From: Heterodontus francisci
Lineage: Eukaryota
DNA length: 64,000 nt
Direction of reading: 5' to 3'
Assembly (NCBI RefSeq): GCF_036365525.1
Contig: NC_090380.1
Location: 72,715,757-72,779,756, forward strand
Below are positions 63,518 to 64,000 of the stretch, piece after piece; the stretch's first letter is position 1; every line of letters starts with the position of its first letter. The notes beneath the pieces are model-generated. The model was not told the origin of the DNA. It made no database searches and was given only the letters and a program-made list of their open reading frames with translations. The position numbers and the translations under genes were made by a program.

Positions 63518-63856
63518 AGACAGTCACTGTTTCTACTGATCAGCATACTGGTGCGGAGATTGGCAAACATGTCATCCTCAAGTGTACTTTTGATCAGATT
63601 GACAATAACCCGACAGTGATGTGGGAGAAGGTAGGTGTGAAACAAACCGTGCACCAATACAAGGGAAACGTTGATGACTTCAGTGAACAGCACGGCAACT
63701 ACACCAAGAGAACTGAAATTGATGGAAGCACAATCAAAAAAGGAGATGCATCTCTTACACTGAAGAATGTTAATATCTGGGATGAAGGAATTTACAAGTG
63801 CAGTGTCAGTAATGATCATGGATTCGGAGAAGCATTCATGAATCTGTCTGTTTGGG
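63518..63856 (+). CDS. IgV exon of a B7-family gene, most similar in motif to B7-H4/VTCN1; partial, gene continues beyond the window
   Basis: Acceptor tttcattccttattcag|, donor TGG G|GTATGT, 339 nt, phase 1-1. Translation: TVTVSTDQHTGAEIGKHVILKCTFDQIDNNPTVMWEKVGVKQTVHQYKGNVDDFSEQHGNYTKRTEIDGSTIKKGDASLTLKNVNIWDEGIYKCSVSNDHGFGEAFMNLSVW. B7/butyrophilin hallmarks: IG..xILxCTF, VH.Y..G.D...EQ...Y..RT, GDASLxLKNV, DEGxYxC. The ORF track catches only 63616 onward. Confidence 0.88.
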
Positions 63857-64000
63857 GTATGTCAGCTGTTCTGTTCTTTCCCTGCAATCAGGAGCAAGTG
63901 TAACTTGGTGTTTCATTTATTTAATTATTACATACATTTCCAATGCCACCAGAGAAAAGAACAGTTTTAATTTTTTTAATTAAATCTGAACAGTTACAGA

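Overview
Vertebrate (eukaryotic, spliced) DNA, most likely from a cartilaginous fish: it carries HE1/V-SINE and DeuSINE-type SINEs and dense CR1, RTE, Tx1, Gypsy and PIF/Harbinger relics. Most of the supplied ORF track is transposon debris or repeat artefact. Reading splice sites by hand gives two host immunoglobulin-superfamily genes on the + strand. (1) A complete four-exon CDS (17701-17734, 17871-18224, 20353-20382, 20782-20879; 171 aa) encodes a signal peptide, a single germline-encoded VJ-type Ig domain with no RSS, a Cys-containing stalk, a transmembrane helix with an Arg, and almost no cytoplasmic tail. This is the architecture of an NKp30/NCR3-like activating receptor. (2) About 43 kb downstream, a phase 1-1 IgV exon (63518-63856) belongs to a B7-family gene most like B7-H4/VTCN1; the gene runs off the window. 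Between them lies a 7.8-kb array of about 269 copies of a 29-bp unit that appears to have expanded from the sequence just upstream of a Harbinger transposase start codon. A duplicated ~250-bp segment carrying a four-fold ISRE/IRF motif sits upstream of the B7 exon. Family assignments rest on motif recognition only, no searches were run, and transposon boundaries are approximate unless a TSD is quoted.
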